Positions 39,887-50,149 are shown, numbered from the stretch's first letter. The stretch: DNA of 64,000 nt from Dehalococcoidia bacterium (GCA_963665775.2 CAXXTF010000001.1:672001-736000); one strand, 5' to 3'. Program-made: numbers and translations. Notes: generated by a model from the sequence alone, not told the origin.

Positions 39887-41122
39887 CTATCTCGGCTCGA
39901 TGACAAACTCCAACCGGCCGTAAGCCTCGCGCAGCGCCGCCTCGACCCGCTCCGGGGTTTCGCCGCGGGCAAAGATGAACCCCAGGTAACGCGTGCCCTC
40001 CGGCAGGGGGACCACCTCCTGCCCCAGCGGGACGCTTATGAGGACCTGCTCGATCGCCGGCACCCCCTTGGCCCGCTGCTGGCCCTGAACCTCACGCAGA
40101 ACCCCAGCTTGAGGTATCGGGATCATCATTACCCCTGCCGAGCCTCTCTCCCGCTCCAGCGAGTCGACCTCCATCCCTAGGGCGTGTCGCAGGATCAGCT
40201 CCTCCAGCGAGATGCCGGCGCCGAAGCGGAGCGTGCGGGAGCAGAGGCCGCCGATGGACCGAGCGGCGATCTCGATGATCCAGGGCCCTTGTTTATTGAC
40301 TCGCAACTCAGCATGCACGGGCCCATCCCGTAGGCCCAGCGCCCTCGCCGTCGCGTCAGCGCAGGCCGCGATGTCTCCTTGGAGGGTATCTGTCAATCGC
40401 GAAGGCGTGACATAAATCGTCTCCTCGAAGTAGGGCCCATCTAGGGGATCGGGCTTGTCGAAGATCGCCAGCACTCTGAGCTTGCCACTCGTGAGCAGCC
40501 CCTCCAGCGCCACCTCCTGCCCCGGTATGAACGTCTCGACAAGGATCTGGCGCGCGGCCTCGGCGCCCGTCGCAGCCACGTCCGGCTGACGCAGGATGGC
40601 AGCGAGCTTGTGGAAGGCTAGCACAAACTGTTCCGCATCGTCGGCGCGAATGACGCCACGACTGGCCGACAGGAACAGTGGCTTGACCACGCAGGGGAAG
40701 CTCACCGCAGGAGCGAGCGCTACCGGGTCATCGTCAATTGACAGGAGCTGAAAGCTAGGCGAGGGGAGGTGTGCCTTGGCCAGGAGCTGCCGCAGGTCGT
40801 GCTTATTCCGCGTCGCCTGGGCCGACTCCACGGAGTTGTGGGGTAGCGACAGCGCCGCGGCCGCCATCGCCGCCAGAACCGTGGTGTCATCGTCGACGCC
40901 CAGGACGGCGGTCAGCGGGTATCGCTTCGCGAATGCGAGGATCGCCGCCGTCGCTTCCTTTGGCGTGAGGAAATTGAGGGTCAGCGCGCTTCCCGGCACA
41001 AACTCCGACAGCGCCTGCGGCTGGTCGGATCCGACCACCACTTCCACACCTAACCGCCGCGCTGCCTCCAGAAACGAATGGGCACGGTAGGTTCTGGTGG
41101 ACATAAGTAGGAGAACGCGCAT
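39887..41122 (-). CDS. ATP-grasp domain ligase
   Basis: FPCVVKP...SASRGV, VETFIPGQE, HAELR, IEIAARSIGG, YLGFIFA. Confidence 0.92.
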   Translation of the reverse strand: MRVLLLMSTRTYRAHSFLEAARRLGVEVVVGSDQPQALSEFVPGSALTLNFLTPKEATAAILAFAKRYPLTAVLGVDDDTTVLAAMAAAALSLPHNSVESAQATRNKHDLRQLLAKAHLPSPSFQLLSIDDDPVALAPAVSFPCVVKPLFLSASRGVIRADDAEQFVLAFHKLAAILRQPDVAATGAEAARQILVETFIPGQEVALEGLLTSGKLRVLAIFDKPDPLDGPYFEETIYVTPSRLTDTLQGDIAACADATARALGLRDGPVHAELRVNKQGPWIIEIAARSIGGLCSRTLRFGAGISLEELILRHALGMEVDSLERERGSAGVMMIPIPQAGVLREVQGQQRAKGVPAIEQVLISVPLGQEVVPLPEGTRYLGFIFARGETPERVEAALREAYGRLEFVIEPR

Positions 41123-41468
41123 GACCTATCGGGACCTCCCAGCGTAGAACCGCTGACGGGGAACAATTCTGCGGCCTTGCCGTCTCGGCAACATCAAGTG
41201 AGCTGGCCCCTGGTGTCCAGATGCCAGTCCTGAGTGTACATGATGAGGGCTCCCAAGGGCCGTGCTCTGTGAGGCGCTAGAGGCGCAAGGGGTCGAGTTC
41301 ATCCGTCGTGCCGCCGGGGAGCCGGGGTTTGGCTTTATCTCCACGTTCCTCAACCCAGTGTGCGGCACTTCCTACGGAGGGGGCAAAATGGCATCCTTAT
41401 CTGAGGAGGTCCAGCAGCCAGCCTGTGGGGGAGACTCGGCCACGGTCCGGCTCCTTATATTGCCGCCT

Positions 41469-41873
41469 TCAGGTTCTCGAAGAGATGATCTCAACCTCGT
41501 TGCCGTCGGGGTCGTCGATATACATGCCCTTTAGCGGCAGAAACGGGTGTTCCCCTAAGCGCACATCAAAACCTAGGCCCTGCAGGCGCTGGCGCTCACC
41601 GTCGAAGTCTTCAGGCGCAATTTCGAGGCCCAGATGATGTAGGGAGCGTTTGGAGCGCTCCTGTGGGAAGGCCTCAGTGCCGGCTGGCAGCGGGACGAGC
41701 ACTACTTGCTGCGGGCAGTTGACGGGAGCTTCCCCAGCTCGCAGGAAGACGGCTCCCCTGCCATCAGGCGGGAACAGTGGGTTCAGGCCGAGAACATCGC
41801 GATAAAACGCTAGAGCTGCATCCATATCATGTACCCAGATCACGATCTCCGCCAGACCACGAATCTTTGGCAT
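41469..41873 (-). CDS. VOC/glyoxalase family protein
   Basis: AFYRDVLGL, HHLGLE, YIDDPDGNEVEI; start at MPKIRG. Confidence 0.9.
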   Translation of the reverse strand: MPKIRGLAEIVIWVHDMDAALAFYRDVLGLNPLFPPDGRGAVFLRAGEAPVNCPQQVVLVPLPAGTEAFPQERSKRSLHHLGLEIAPEDFDGERQRLQGLGFDVRLGEHPFLPLKGMYIDDPDGNEVEIISSRT

Positions 41874-42054
41874 CGATAATACTCCCTTCTTTCTTCTACC
41901 CCTGACCGCCCGGTTCTCGGCGCGAGGATGCCACGTGGCAGGGTCAAAACGATCCTGCAGATGCATGATTGATCCCTGGTGTCTGGAAGTCAATACGAAG
42001 ATGAGAGGCACCGAGAAGAAGTTCAAAACTCCCGTTCAACGAATACGAAGATCG

Positions 42055-42732
42055 TCAGACTAGATCGAGCATGCCTTCCCGAGCCATCGTTTCAAGGGCC
42101 GCTTCTACGGTCTCCACTACGGCACGATGCATGAAGGCAGCGAAGTCGGCGAGCTGACCCGGACCTCCGAGATCCTGGTCCGGCTCCCCGATATGAAAGG
42201 GCGTCAGCGAATCATTCCCGGCGGTGGTTGCAAGAAGGCTCCGGAAATTCACGAGGTTGCGAAGCCTACGAAGATCCCGGAACCACGACGCGTCACAAGT
42301 ACGCGAAAGCTGGGCACGGAGGGCTTCACAAGCTCCGGGATGATCACAGCTCTCCCTCAGCATTCTCTCGAGGGCTGGAAATTTCACTTCCTCGGTCGGT
42401 TCGAAGGTGTGCGCGGCTACAATTTCTTGTGCCAAGGCGTCGAGTGCGCCGTAGGTTGCGAAGAGAAAGGCGTCCGCTTGACCGGACAACGACTGGAGAC
42501 GGCGAGCCTCACTTTTGCCTTCTACGGTACCGAGAGTCGCGGCAAGTTGACTGAGTCGACCCAGCCAGCGGTTACTTTCGCACAGCTTGATCCCCAGGTA
42601 GGCGTGCGCCTCAAGGATGGATGCTGTTCGCTTGTTCACGGCTGCGGCCGCTCTGAGGTTCAGCATATGACTGTGATACCTAGGCAAGCGCTTCAAGTAT
42701 GTAGTTAGTCTGGAATCAATCAGGCGCGTCAT
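42055..42732 (-). CDS. hypothetical helical protein, possible Cthe_2314-like HEPN
   Basis: AFLFATYGALDALAQEI and WFRDLRRLRNLVNFR. Confidence 0.5.
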   Translation of the reverse strand: MTRLIDSRLTTYLKRLPRYHSHMLNLRAAAAVNKRTASILEAHAYLGIKLCESNRWLGRLSQLAATLGTVEGKSEARRLQSLSGQADAFLFATYGALDALAQEIVAAHTFEPTEEVKFPALERMLRESCDHPGACEALRAQLSRTCDASWFRDLRRLRNLVNFRSLLATTAGNDSLTPFHIGEPDQDLGGPGQLADFAAFMHRAVVETVEAALETMAREGMLDLV

Positions 42733-43151
42733 GGCTGTTCCACTCTCGCGGTGCTTAGGGGACTTGTGTCTCATCGGCCCTCGTCCGCCCAAAACGCCCG
42801 TCGCCGAGTCTTGGCCGCTTGCCGCGCAATGGGTTACGTTCATCGTAAGTGGAACTTTTTACACTTGCAAGAGACCGAAGCAGACCCAACGTATAAGGTC
42901 TGCTAAACGGCTCCAAACTGCTCAGATCTCGTCTGGCTGGCTGTCATTCCGTATCATCGGCGCTGCCTCGCGCCGAGTGAGTGCACTAACAGGTGCAGGT
43001 GATCGCATTCGAGGCGACCGCCAGAGCCTACGCCGAGACCCTGCGCCGCTTCGCCAGCGCATTTACGGACCATGAGGTAGAATCGTCCTCGGGCCTCAGC
43101 CCCACGCTAGAGTCGAGAAGGTAGACCACCTGGCAAGGATGATGCGCTCCA

Positions 43152-44030
43152 ATGCAGATCGGTGCCACGTTCCCCCAGACCGAAATTGGGACTGACCTAA
43201 GTCTCCTGCGGGACTATGTCCAGGGCGTGGAGGCCCTGGGCTACGACCATATCCTGCTCTACGATCACGTTCTCGGCGCAGATCCGAATCGACCGGGCGG
43301 TTGGTCCGGACCATATACGAATGCCCATCCGTTTCACGAACCGCTCGTTTTCCTGGCCTGGGTCGCTGCGCAGACCGAGCGACTTGGGCTCATGACCGGC
43401 GTCCTGATTCTGCCTCAGCGCCAGACGGCCCTGGTGGCGAAGCAAGCCGCGGAGGTCGATCTTCTTTCCGGCGGTCGCTTGAGATTGGGGGTAGGCATCG
43501 GCTGGAACCCGGTCGAGTACGAGGCGTTGGGAACCGACTTCCACACGCGTGGGCGCAAGATCGAGACGCAGGTCGAGCTCCTCCGACGGCTCTGGTCTGC
43601 TGACTCGGTGGATGTCCACGATGCCTATCACACGATCACCCGTGCCGGCATCAACCCCCGGCCCTTGCGGCAGATCCCGATCTGGATGGGCGGCAGGGGC
43701 GAGCGCCTCCTGCGCCGCATGGCACGGCTCGCGGATGGCTGGTTCCCCATGTCTTCACCGGACCAGGCACTCAGTGCGACCTTAGCTCGCCTACACGATG
43801 ATCTTGCCGCGAACGGACGCGATCCAGAATCCTTCGGTATAGAGGGCGGGGTCAGTATTGGCGGACCGGATACGGACCGCCAGATAGATACTGCCGCCCG
43901 CTGGCGTGATATCGGCGCCCGATACCTGGCCGTGAACACGATGGGCTCCGGACTGGCGCCGCACCAGCATCTGGAGACACTGCGGCGATTCAAAGAGCAG
44001 TGGGGCACCCAGCTCACAGCTTCACTCTGA
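43152..44030 (+). CDS. LLM-class F420-dependent oxidoreductase
   Basis: YDHVLGA, FHEP, ILPQRQTALVAKQAAEVDLLSGGRLRLGVGIGWN. Confidence 0.93.
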   Translation: MQIGATFPQTEIGTDLSLLRDYVQGVEALGYDHILLYDHVLGADPNRPGGWSGPYTNAHPFHEPLVFLAWVAAQTERLGLMTGVLILPQRQTALVAKQAAEVDLLSGGRLRLGVGIGWNPVEYEALGTDFHTRGRKIETQVELLRRLWSADSVDVHDAYHTITRAGINPRPLRQIPIWMGGRGERLLRRMARLADGWFPMSSPDQALSATLARLHDDLAANGRDPESFGIEGGVSIGGPDTDRQIDTAARWRDIGARYLAVNTMGSGLAPHQHLETLRRFKEQWGTQLTASL

Positions 44031-44154
44031 TTGCAGGATTCTCAGGCAACAAAGAACGTGCTAAAGTACATTACGTCCCCGCCGGGCTCAACCAAACGTA
44101 CCATCGGATCGAAGATTAGCAGAGCGCGCGTGGCGCAGAGGGAAGACCAGGGAG

Positions 44155-44853
44155 ATGATTAACAAAGTAGTGCAGACCATGGACGAGGCGGTCTCCGGAA
44201 TTCCTGACGGAGCCACCGTCATGATTGGCGGGTTCGGGAGCGGCATACCCTATAATCTGATCGCTGCCCTCCACCGTCAGGGTGCGAAAGAGCTAACAGT
44301 CATAGCGGTGAATGCCACCACGATGAACCGTACCGACATCGGTTTCTTGGAGCGGGAAGGCCGGATCAAGACGCTTATAAGCCAGGCTGGAGACGGCCGA
44401 TATCCGGGCATCCCGCAAGGCACGATGGTGGAGCGGATCCGGGCGGGCGGCGCCGGCGTCCCCGCATTCTACACCCCTACCGGTGTTGGGACGTTGCTAG
44501 CCGAAGGTAAGGAGCACCGCGACTTCAACGGCCGTACGTATCTGCTGGAGACGGCGCTTACGGCCGACTACGCGCTCATTCCCGCCTGGCGAGCGGATAC
44601 GTTTGGCAATTTGCAGTTCGAGTACACCCAGCGCACGATTAACCCAACTATGGCCCGGGCGGCAAACCAAACGATCGTGGAGGTCGAGGAGATGGTCGAA
44701 GGTGGAGAGCTCGACCCCAGCTTCATCCATTGTCCGGGTGTGTTCGTGAGCCAAGTCGTCAAGATCCCGCCGGAGCCTGAAGGCTTCCACGGTCGACCGC
44801 TGAATATCGCCGGCGTGCCGACGCGAAGCCGGCTGGGTACTAGAGGGGTGTGA
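44155..44853 (+). CDS. 3-oxoacid CoA-transferase subunit A
   Basis: MIGGFG, PQGTMVERIRAGGAGVPAFYTPTG, ADTFGNL. Confidence 0.92.
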   Translation: MINKVVQTMDEAVSGIPDGATVMIGGFGSGIPYNLIAALHRQGAKELTVIAVNATTMNRTDIGFLEREGRIKTLISQAGDGRYPGIPQGTMVERIRAGGAGVPAFYTPTGVGTLLAEGKEHRDFNGRTYLLETALTADYALIPAWRADTFGNLQFEYTQRTINPTMARAANQTIVEVEEMVEGGELDPSFIHCPGVFVSQVVKIPPEPEGFHGRPLNIAGVPTRSRLGTRGV

Positions 44854-44854
44854 G

Positions 44855-45574
44855 GTGAAAGAAATGACAACCGAAGCGGAGAAGCCCAAGCTTGCCCGTG
44901 AGGAGATCCTTCTCAGGACCATTCTGGATTTTCAAGAAGGATGGCTGGTCAACCTTGGCTCCGGCCTACCCAGCTACATCGCCAACTATTGCAGTCCGGA
45001 ACGCAACGTGGTGTTCCATGCGGAGAATGGTGTCGTCGGGATGGGTCGTATGGCCACACGGGAGGAGGTCAATATCAACCTCACAAACGCCCTGGCGCAA
45101 CACATCCTGCTGGTTCCGGGCGCGTCGATCATTGACCACGTTGACTCCTTCGCTCTCGTCCGAAGCGGCAGGCTGAGCGCAACCGTCATGGGAGCGTACC
45201 ATGTGGCATCTAATCGCGACTTCGCGAACGTGAGCCGCGATCCCAACGTGGGAGGCTCCGGAGGTGGCGCAATGGATATGGCACGCAATGCTCAGCGGGT
45301 GTTCATCGTTATGGAACACGTATCATCGGAGGGCCAGCCCAAGCTCCTGAAGCGATGTACGCTGCCGCTGACATGCCCGGGCGTTGTGACGCGTGTGTTC
45401 ACTGACCTCGGTGTATTCGATTTTGGTGAAGATTGCTTCGTAATCAAGGAGATCGCGCCAGGCTGGACTGTGGATGAAGTCCGGGCTCTGTCGGAGGGCG
45501 ACATCGTGGCCGCTCCAGACCTGAAGGAGATCGATCTCAAGGCCTTGCACGAAGCCATAGCCTCAGACGGTTAG
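44855..45574 (+). CDS. 3-oxoacid CoA-transferase subunit B
   Basis: VNLGSGLP, HAENG (catalytic Glu), GGAMDM, CTLPLT, TDLGVF. Confidence 0.92.
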   Translation: MKEMTTEAEKPKLAREEILLRTILDFQEGWLVNLGSGLPSYIANYCSPERNVVFHAENGVVGMGRMATREEVNINLTNALAQHILLVPGASIIDHVDSFALVRSGRLSATVMGAYHVASNRDFANVSRDPNVGGSGGGAMDMARNAQRVFIVMEHVSSEGQPKLLKRCTLPLTCPGVVTRVFTDLGVFDFGEDCFVIKEIAPGWTVDEVRALSEGDIVAAPDLKEIDLKALHEAIASDG

Positions 45575-45600
45575 CGTATTGAGTCTGGGAGCGCCACCGG

Positions 45601-46695
45601 TCAGCCTGTTTCCACGGGCACCCAGCGCTTCTCCGTGGAGGCCCGGTCCATCGCGGCCAAGATGTGGTGAATGCGCAAACCCGTCTCGATGCTTGGCTCC
45701 ACGGGCTCTCCGCTGAGGATCGCCCGGCCCAGCATCCGGAAGCTCTGCGCCACGGGGAAGACCGTAGCGTATGGGGGCACCTCAGGAACGAAGCTGAACT
45801 CCTCGGGCGTGGGCAGTTCCTCAAGAGGCTCGTCGCCCTTGGCGCCCAACAGCGCCTGCCGCCGCCGACCGTCGCTCTCCACACGGGTCAGATGGAGCGA
45901 GCCTTCCGTACCGTATATCTCGAAGCGTTGGCCGGAGCCGTTCCAGGAGATGCGGCTGATCGTCAGCGTGCCCACGACACCGCTCTCCATGCGTATGTTG
46001 GCGACCACGGTGTCCGGGGACGAAGGCTCAATCGTCTCTCCAGTGTCGGACCAGGTCACCTTCTTGAGGCGGACGTCAGCCGTGGCGGCCAGCTCCGCCG
46101 GCTGACCCAGGGCCCAGGTTATGACCTGCAGCGCCGCGCCACCATGGAGGCTCAGCGCGCTGCCACCCTCCTCATTGACCCTAGTCCACCAGCGGTCGGA
46201 AGGGGTGGGACGCTGGTACTGTGAGGAGACCTGGCCGAAGTTGAAGTTCAGCACCTCGCCTACGTACCCCTCCTGCACAAGCCGCTGCAGGTTCATGATA
46301 ATCGGCGACCAGCGCGCCTGGAGTCCGACGCTGACCAGGCGGTTCTTCTCTTTGGCGAGCCGTACCAGGTCCTCGGCCTCCGCTACGCTGAGTGCTGTCG
46401 GCCACTCGCAGTAGACATGCTTGCCGGCCTTGAGCGCGGCCTCAGCCAGGGGGTGGTGCAGCGACGGACGGGCGGCTATGGTGATGAGATCGATATCCGG
46501 GTCGCCCACGAGCTGCCCGATATCGTTGTAGGCCTTGGCGGCGCCGGTACGCTCAGCCATGGCGGCGGCAGTCTCGGGGTGGGCGGTGCACACCGCTGCC
46601 AGCTCCATCTCCGGCAGGCTCTTGACCGCCGCCGCGTGCGCTCGCTCTCCCCAGGTGGCACCGATAACCCCTACACGAAGCTTCTGAACTGTCAT
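45601..46695 (-). CDS. Gfo/Idh/MocA oxidoreductase
   Basis: RVGVIGA, AGKHVYCEWP, EIYGTEGSL. Confidence 0.92.
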   Translation of the reverse strand: MTVQKLRVGVIGATWGERAHAAAVKSLPEMELAAVCTAHPETAAAMAERTGAAKAYNDIGQLVGDPDIDLITIAARPSLHHPLAEAALKAGKHVYCEWPTALSVAEAEDLVRLAKEKNRLVSVGLQARWSPIIMNLQRLVQEGYVGEVLNFNFGQVSSQYQRPTPSDRWWTRVNEEGGSALSLHGGAALQVITWALGQPAELAATADVRLKKVTWSDTGETIEPSSPDTVVANIRMESGVVGTLTISRISWNGSGQRFEIYGTEGSLHLTRVESDGRRRQALLGAKGDEPLEELPTPEEFSFVPEVPPYATVFPVAQSFRMLGRAILSGEPVEPSIETGLRIHHILAAMDRASTEKRWVPVETG

Positions 46696-46921
46696 ATCAG
46701 ACTCCCCCTTATTCTTAGCGTCTCATGATCCGGCGATGGCTATTCTATCACCAGCCGACGACTCCTACCCGGGACCGCTTGCCAGATGAGCAACAATAGT
46801 TCAACTTGTGGTTCTGTCAGAGCCCGGAGGCAACCCTGTCTCAGTCTACACAAGGTACTAGCCGTGAACTGCCCGCATTTTCGATTGACTGTAACTAGCA
46901 AACTGTAACTAGCAATTAGTA

Positions 46922-47659
46922 TCATCCCACCTCGGTTCGAAGGAAGAAGGTTTCGCCCGACCGGTAGGCGATGGTCCTACCACCTGCCTGTACTGCCACA
47001 CGACCCTTGCCCAGTACCCGCCAGTTGCCATCCCCAAAGCTCAGGCAGCAGGTTGCCGTGTTAATGATCAGGACTACTACGCTCTCATCAAGATCGAGGC
47101 TTAGCGAGCGTGCCCGGCTCTCAGTTAGGGACTCGCCATGGGGCACCACCGCCACGCCAGGTACGAGGCCCAGGGCCAGCACCACACCGGAACCTGGGGC
47201 TCGCATCTTCTCCGCCAGCACCATGGCCCCAGCGCTGGAGCCCACTACCATCGCGCCTGATCGAAAACGTTCGACAATCGCTTCCCAGGCCGCAGTACCC
47301 CTAAGGGTGTCCAGCAGGTAGCTTGGGCTGCCACCCGTAAGATACAGGACGTCGGCTCCCCGAAAGTCTTGAAACCACCTGGGGTTTTCAGCATCGGCAC
47401 GAGTCAGAATCATGCCGGAGCTGGCCACTGCACCCAGCGTCTCAAAATAGTGCCTGCCGTTTCTGGCGGCCCGCTCCGGGTCCTCTGGTGATGCTGCGGT
47501 GGGTATGACCACCAACCGGGGCCGGACTGTGCCCGTAGCCTCAAGAAGGGCCCTATCCATGGGCTCACAGGGAGGCCTGAATTCATCGCCGCCCATCAAG
47601 ACCAGCGAACCCGTTGGCCCGGAGCTGCGCCTGGGGGCTCCTTGCTCTGGGCTCTTCAT
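46922..47659 (-). CDS. peptidase S51 / cyanophycinase-like protein
   Basis: LMGGDEF, IPTA, YLTGGSP, GSSAGAM, VVPH; start uncertain. Confidence 0.88.
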   Translation of the reverse strand: MKSPEQGAPRRSSGPTGSLVLMGGDEFRPPCEPMDRALLEATGTVRPRLVVIPTAASPEDPERAARNGRHYFETLGAVASSGMILTRADAENPRWFQDFRGADVLYLTGGSPSYLLDTLRGTAAWEAIVERFRSGAMVVGSSAGAMVLAEKMRAPGSGVVLALGLVPGVAVVPHGESLTESRARSLSLDLDESVVVLIINTATCCLSFGDGNWRVLGKGRVAVQAGGRTIAYRSGETFFLRTEVG

Positions 47660-47742
47660 TTCGGTCGACGCGTCACTGCCGGACCCATCCAGTTGTGCGA
47701 GGCACTGTAGGCACAACTACCCACGCTAAGAGACCTCTTTCG

Positions 47743-48810
47743 TCAGGAACTAGTATCGGCCTTGTCGCCACTGTGCCGCCAGCGCGTCCCCTCCGGCGTA
47801 TCCTGAATCTCCAACCCCATGTCGGCTAACTGCTGGCGCAGGGCATCAGCCCGGGCCCACTCTCTTCCTCGCCGAGCCTCTTCTCGCAAGCTTATTAAGT
47901 GAGCCACTTCTGGTGGCAAGGTTGCCGGCTCCAACTGAGATTCAGGCGCCCTTGAGGGCAGACCAAAGGAGGGAAAAGTCGCGGGAAGCCGATAGGGGCC
48001 TAACTCAGTGAGAGGAAAGGAATGGCGCGCAGGATATACCTTCTCGCCGACCTGGGTGCTGATGGTGATGGCACCCTTGCCCAGGACTAAGCCATCGCCT
48101 TCCTGCAAGTCCAAGACTAGCGCAGTGTGTTCCTCGATTCCAAGGACTACTGTAGAGGAAGGCAACTGCTGCCTTAGCGGCTCAAACCGTTGCCGCCCCA
48201 TGAAGCAGCGGCTGGTGTCCAAGTGGGCGCCGCCCTCTCTGTTGTCCCAGTGGGGCACGATGGCGAGCTCCAGACCGAATAGGCTCAAGATGTCCAGTCC
48301 GTCGGCCCAGTATGGGTCTGAACCAGCCTTGAAAATCTCGTAGACCGGCAGGACTCTCGTTCCCACCGCCAGGGTGGCGGCGCTGGCAAAGCAGAGGGAT
48401 GCACCCTGCTGGTGCCGCCCCAGGATGTACTTCAGGGCTAGTGTGTCCTGAAGGTTGCGAACCGTATAGGTCGGGCTTCCCGGTCCCAGGAAAATGTAGT
48501 TGGCATCCAGCAACGGCGCCAAGATCTTAGGATCATCCGGGCTGAAGGGGGTCCCCTTCTTACGGGCGGGGATGATATGTACCTGCGGGTGATAGTTCTG
48601 GAGCCGAGCCTTGAAAAACTCCCCGATCTCGCTGGCAACGTGCTCGCTATTGGGCTGGAAGCCCGCCGGCGTTTCGAGAACAGCAACTGTGACGGGAGGT
48701 GGTAACGTTGACAGCAGCCGGTCGTGAATAGCGCGGCCACTGTCCGAGACCTCACCGGACCCAAACAGTACGATCTTGCCCAGGTGGACTTGCCCGCGTG
48801 CCTTGCCCAT
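47743..48810 (-). CDS. peptidase S51-like domain fused to CysRS-type C-terminal domain
   Basis: LFGSGE, ETPAGF, LGPGSPTY, ASAA, PHWDN; tail REEARRGREWARADALRQQL...IQDTPEGTRW. Confidence 0.8.
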   Translation of the reverse strand: MGKARGQVHLGKIVLFGSGEVSDSGRAIHDRLLSTLPPPVTVAVLETPAGFQPNSEHVASEIGEFFKARLQNYHPQVHIIPARKKGTPFSPDDPKILAPLLDANYIFLGPGSPTYTVRNLQDTLALKYILGRHQQGASLCFASAATLAVGTRVLPVYEIFKAGSDPYWADGLDILSLFGLELAIVPHWDNREGGAHLDTSRCFMGRQRFEPLRQQLPSSTVVLGIEEHTALVLDLQEGDGLVLGKGAITISTQVGEKVYPARHSFPLTELGPYRLPATFPSFGLPSRAPESQLEPATLPPEVAHLISLREEARRGREWARADALRQQLADMGLEIQDTPEGTRWRHSGDKADTSS

Positions 48811-49027
48811 CTTCAAACATCTTCATTTTACACGGAAAAGAGGAGGCGGCCCAATGCAATACACGCCGCCGTTCGTCACGGAGCCGAGCACGATGTGTCG
48901 ATCGTGTTCACTGGACATGGGCGCCGCGGGCGAAGACCCGCGTAGGGCGCCCTGGCGAAGACGCCCAATACACGTTTGTCTAGCTGTGATTCGACAGCTA
49001 GTATAGATCTAGAAGGAGGGGAAAGTA

Positions 49028-49993
49028 ATGCCAGCCGTGCGCGTTGATGACCTGTCGTCCCTTCCACGTCTTGGCCCTATAGATATCGCGGTGGCGAGTG
49101 AGCGGAGCGCCCTAAAGGTTGTAAGCGCACCGACGATGCTCGAAGGTGCAGGCTTCGAGGTTCGCCGGGCCTTCGCTGGAATCGACCTCCAGCTTGCGGA
49201 TCCGTTCCTCCTCCTGGACCAGATGGGCGCTGTCGAGTACAGCCCCGGTGAGGCCAAAGGCGCTCCGGACCACCCCCATCGCGGATTTGAGACGGTTACC
49301 TACATGATGGACGGGGAGATCGAGCATAGGGACTCGAATGGTGGCGGTGGCCTCATCACCGACGGCGCGACGCAGTGGATGACGGCGGGAGCCGGAATTG
49401 TGCACTCTGAGATGCCGACTGAGCAGATAGTCTCAAAGGGCGGACTGTTCCATGGTGTGCAGCTCTGGGTCAACCTACCCCAGGCACAGAAGTGGTCCCC
49501 GCCTCAATACCAGGACATTGATGCTGACAAGGTGGTTCTCTTAGCCTCGGAGGACGGAGGGGCGCTGATTCGCCTTATCGCCGGCGATCTCGCTGGGCAC
49601 ATTGGGCCGGGAAGTACGCGAACGCCGATCACTTTTGCTCATGTCAGTGTCAGTCCAGGAGCACGCTTGCAGACGCCATGGCGGCCCGATTTCAACGCGC
49701 TCGTCTACGTTCTTGCCGGCCACGGGATGGTTGGCAGGGAGCGTCGGCCGATCGGCGAGGGCCAGCTGGCGGTCATGGGGGAGGGGGATATAGTCACAAT
49801 ATTCGGCGATCCCAGGCTGGAAAGCCGATCTCCAACCCTGGAGATGCTGCTGCTGGGAGGAGCTCCAATCCGAGAAAGGGTGGCCTGGCACGGCCCGTTC
49901 GTCATGAACACGAACGAGGAGATCTTTCAAGCAATACAAGAATATCATGCCGGACGGATGGGTCGCATTCCGGCGAAGCGAAGCTCGGACTGA
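49028..49993 (+). CDS. pirin family protein
   Basis: DPFLLLD, HPHRGFETVTY, QWMTAGAGIVHSE, GPFVMN. Confidence 0.95.
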   Translation: MPAVRVDDLSSLPRLGPIDIAVASERSALKVVSAPTMLEGAGFEVRRAFAGIDLQLADPFLLLDQMGAVEYSPGEAKGAPDHPHRGFETVTYMMDGEIEHRDSNGGGGLITDGATQWMTAGAGIVHSEMPTEQIVSKGGLFHGVQLWVNLPQAQKWSPPQYQDIDADKVVLLASEDGGALIRLIAGDLAGHIGPGSTRTPITFAHVSVSPGARLQTPWRPDFNALVYVLAGHGMVGRERRPIGEGQLAVMGEGDIVTIFGDPRLESRSPTLEMLLLGGAPIRERVAWHGPFVMNTNEEIFQAIQEYHAGRMGRIPAKRSSD

Positions 49994-50149
49994 CCGGCCC
50001 TTCCCTGCAGTTGGCGGTATTGGCCGTCTCGATCCTTGCCCACGGACAGGTTCAGCGTATCGCATTCCGCACACCATGACTTCATTGCCTGTCCACCGCC
50101 CCGCCTATCAGCCTTAATTGACGGCAGCCTCAACCTCTCCCACCTTTAT

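Noticed and set aside
41262-41360. VOC-like fragment EALEAQGVEFIRR...FISTFLNP
   Set aside because: Too short and degenerate to call a gene; at most a relic.
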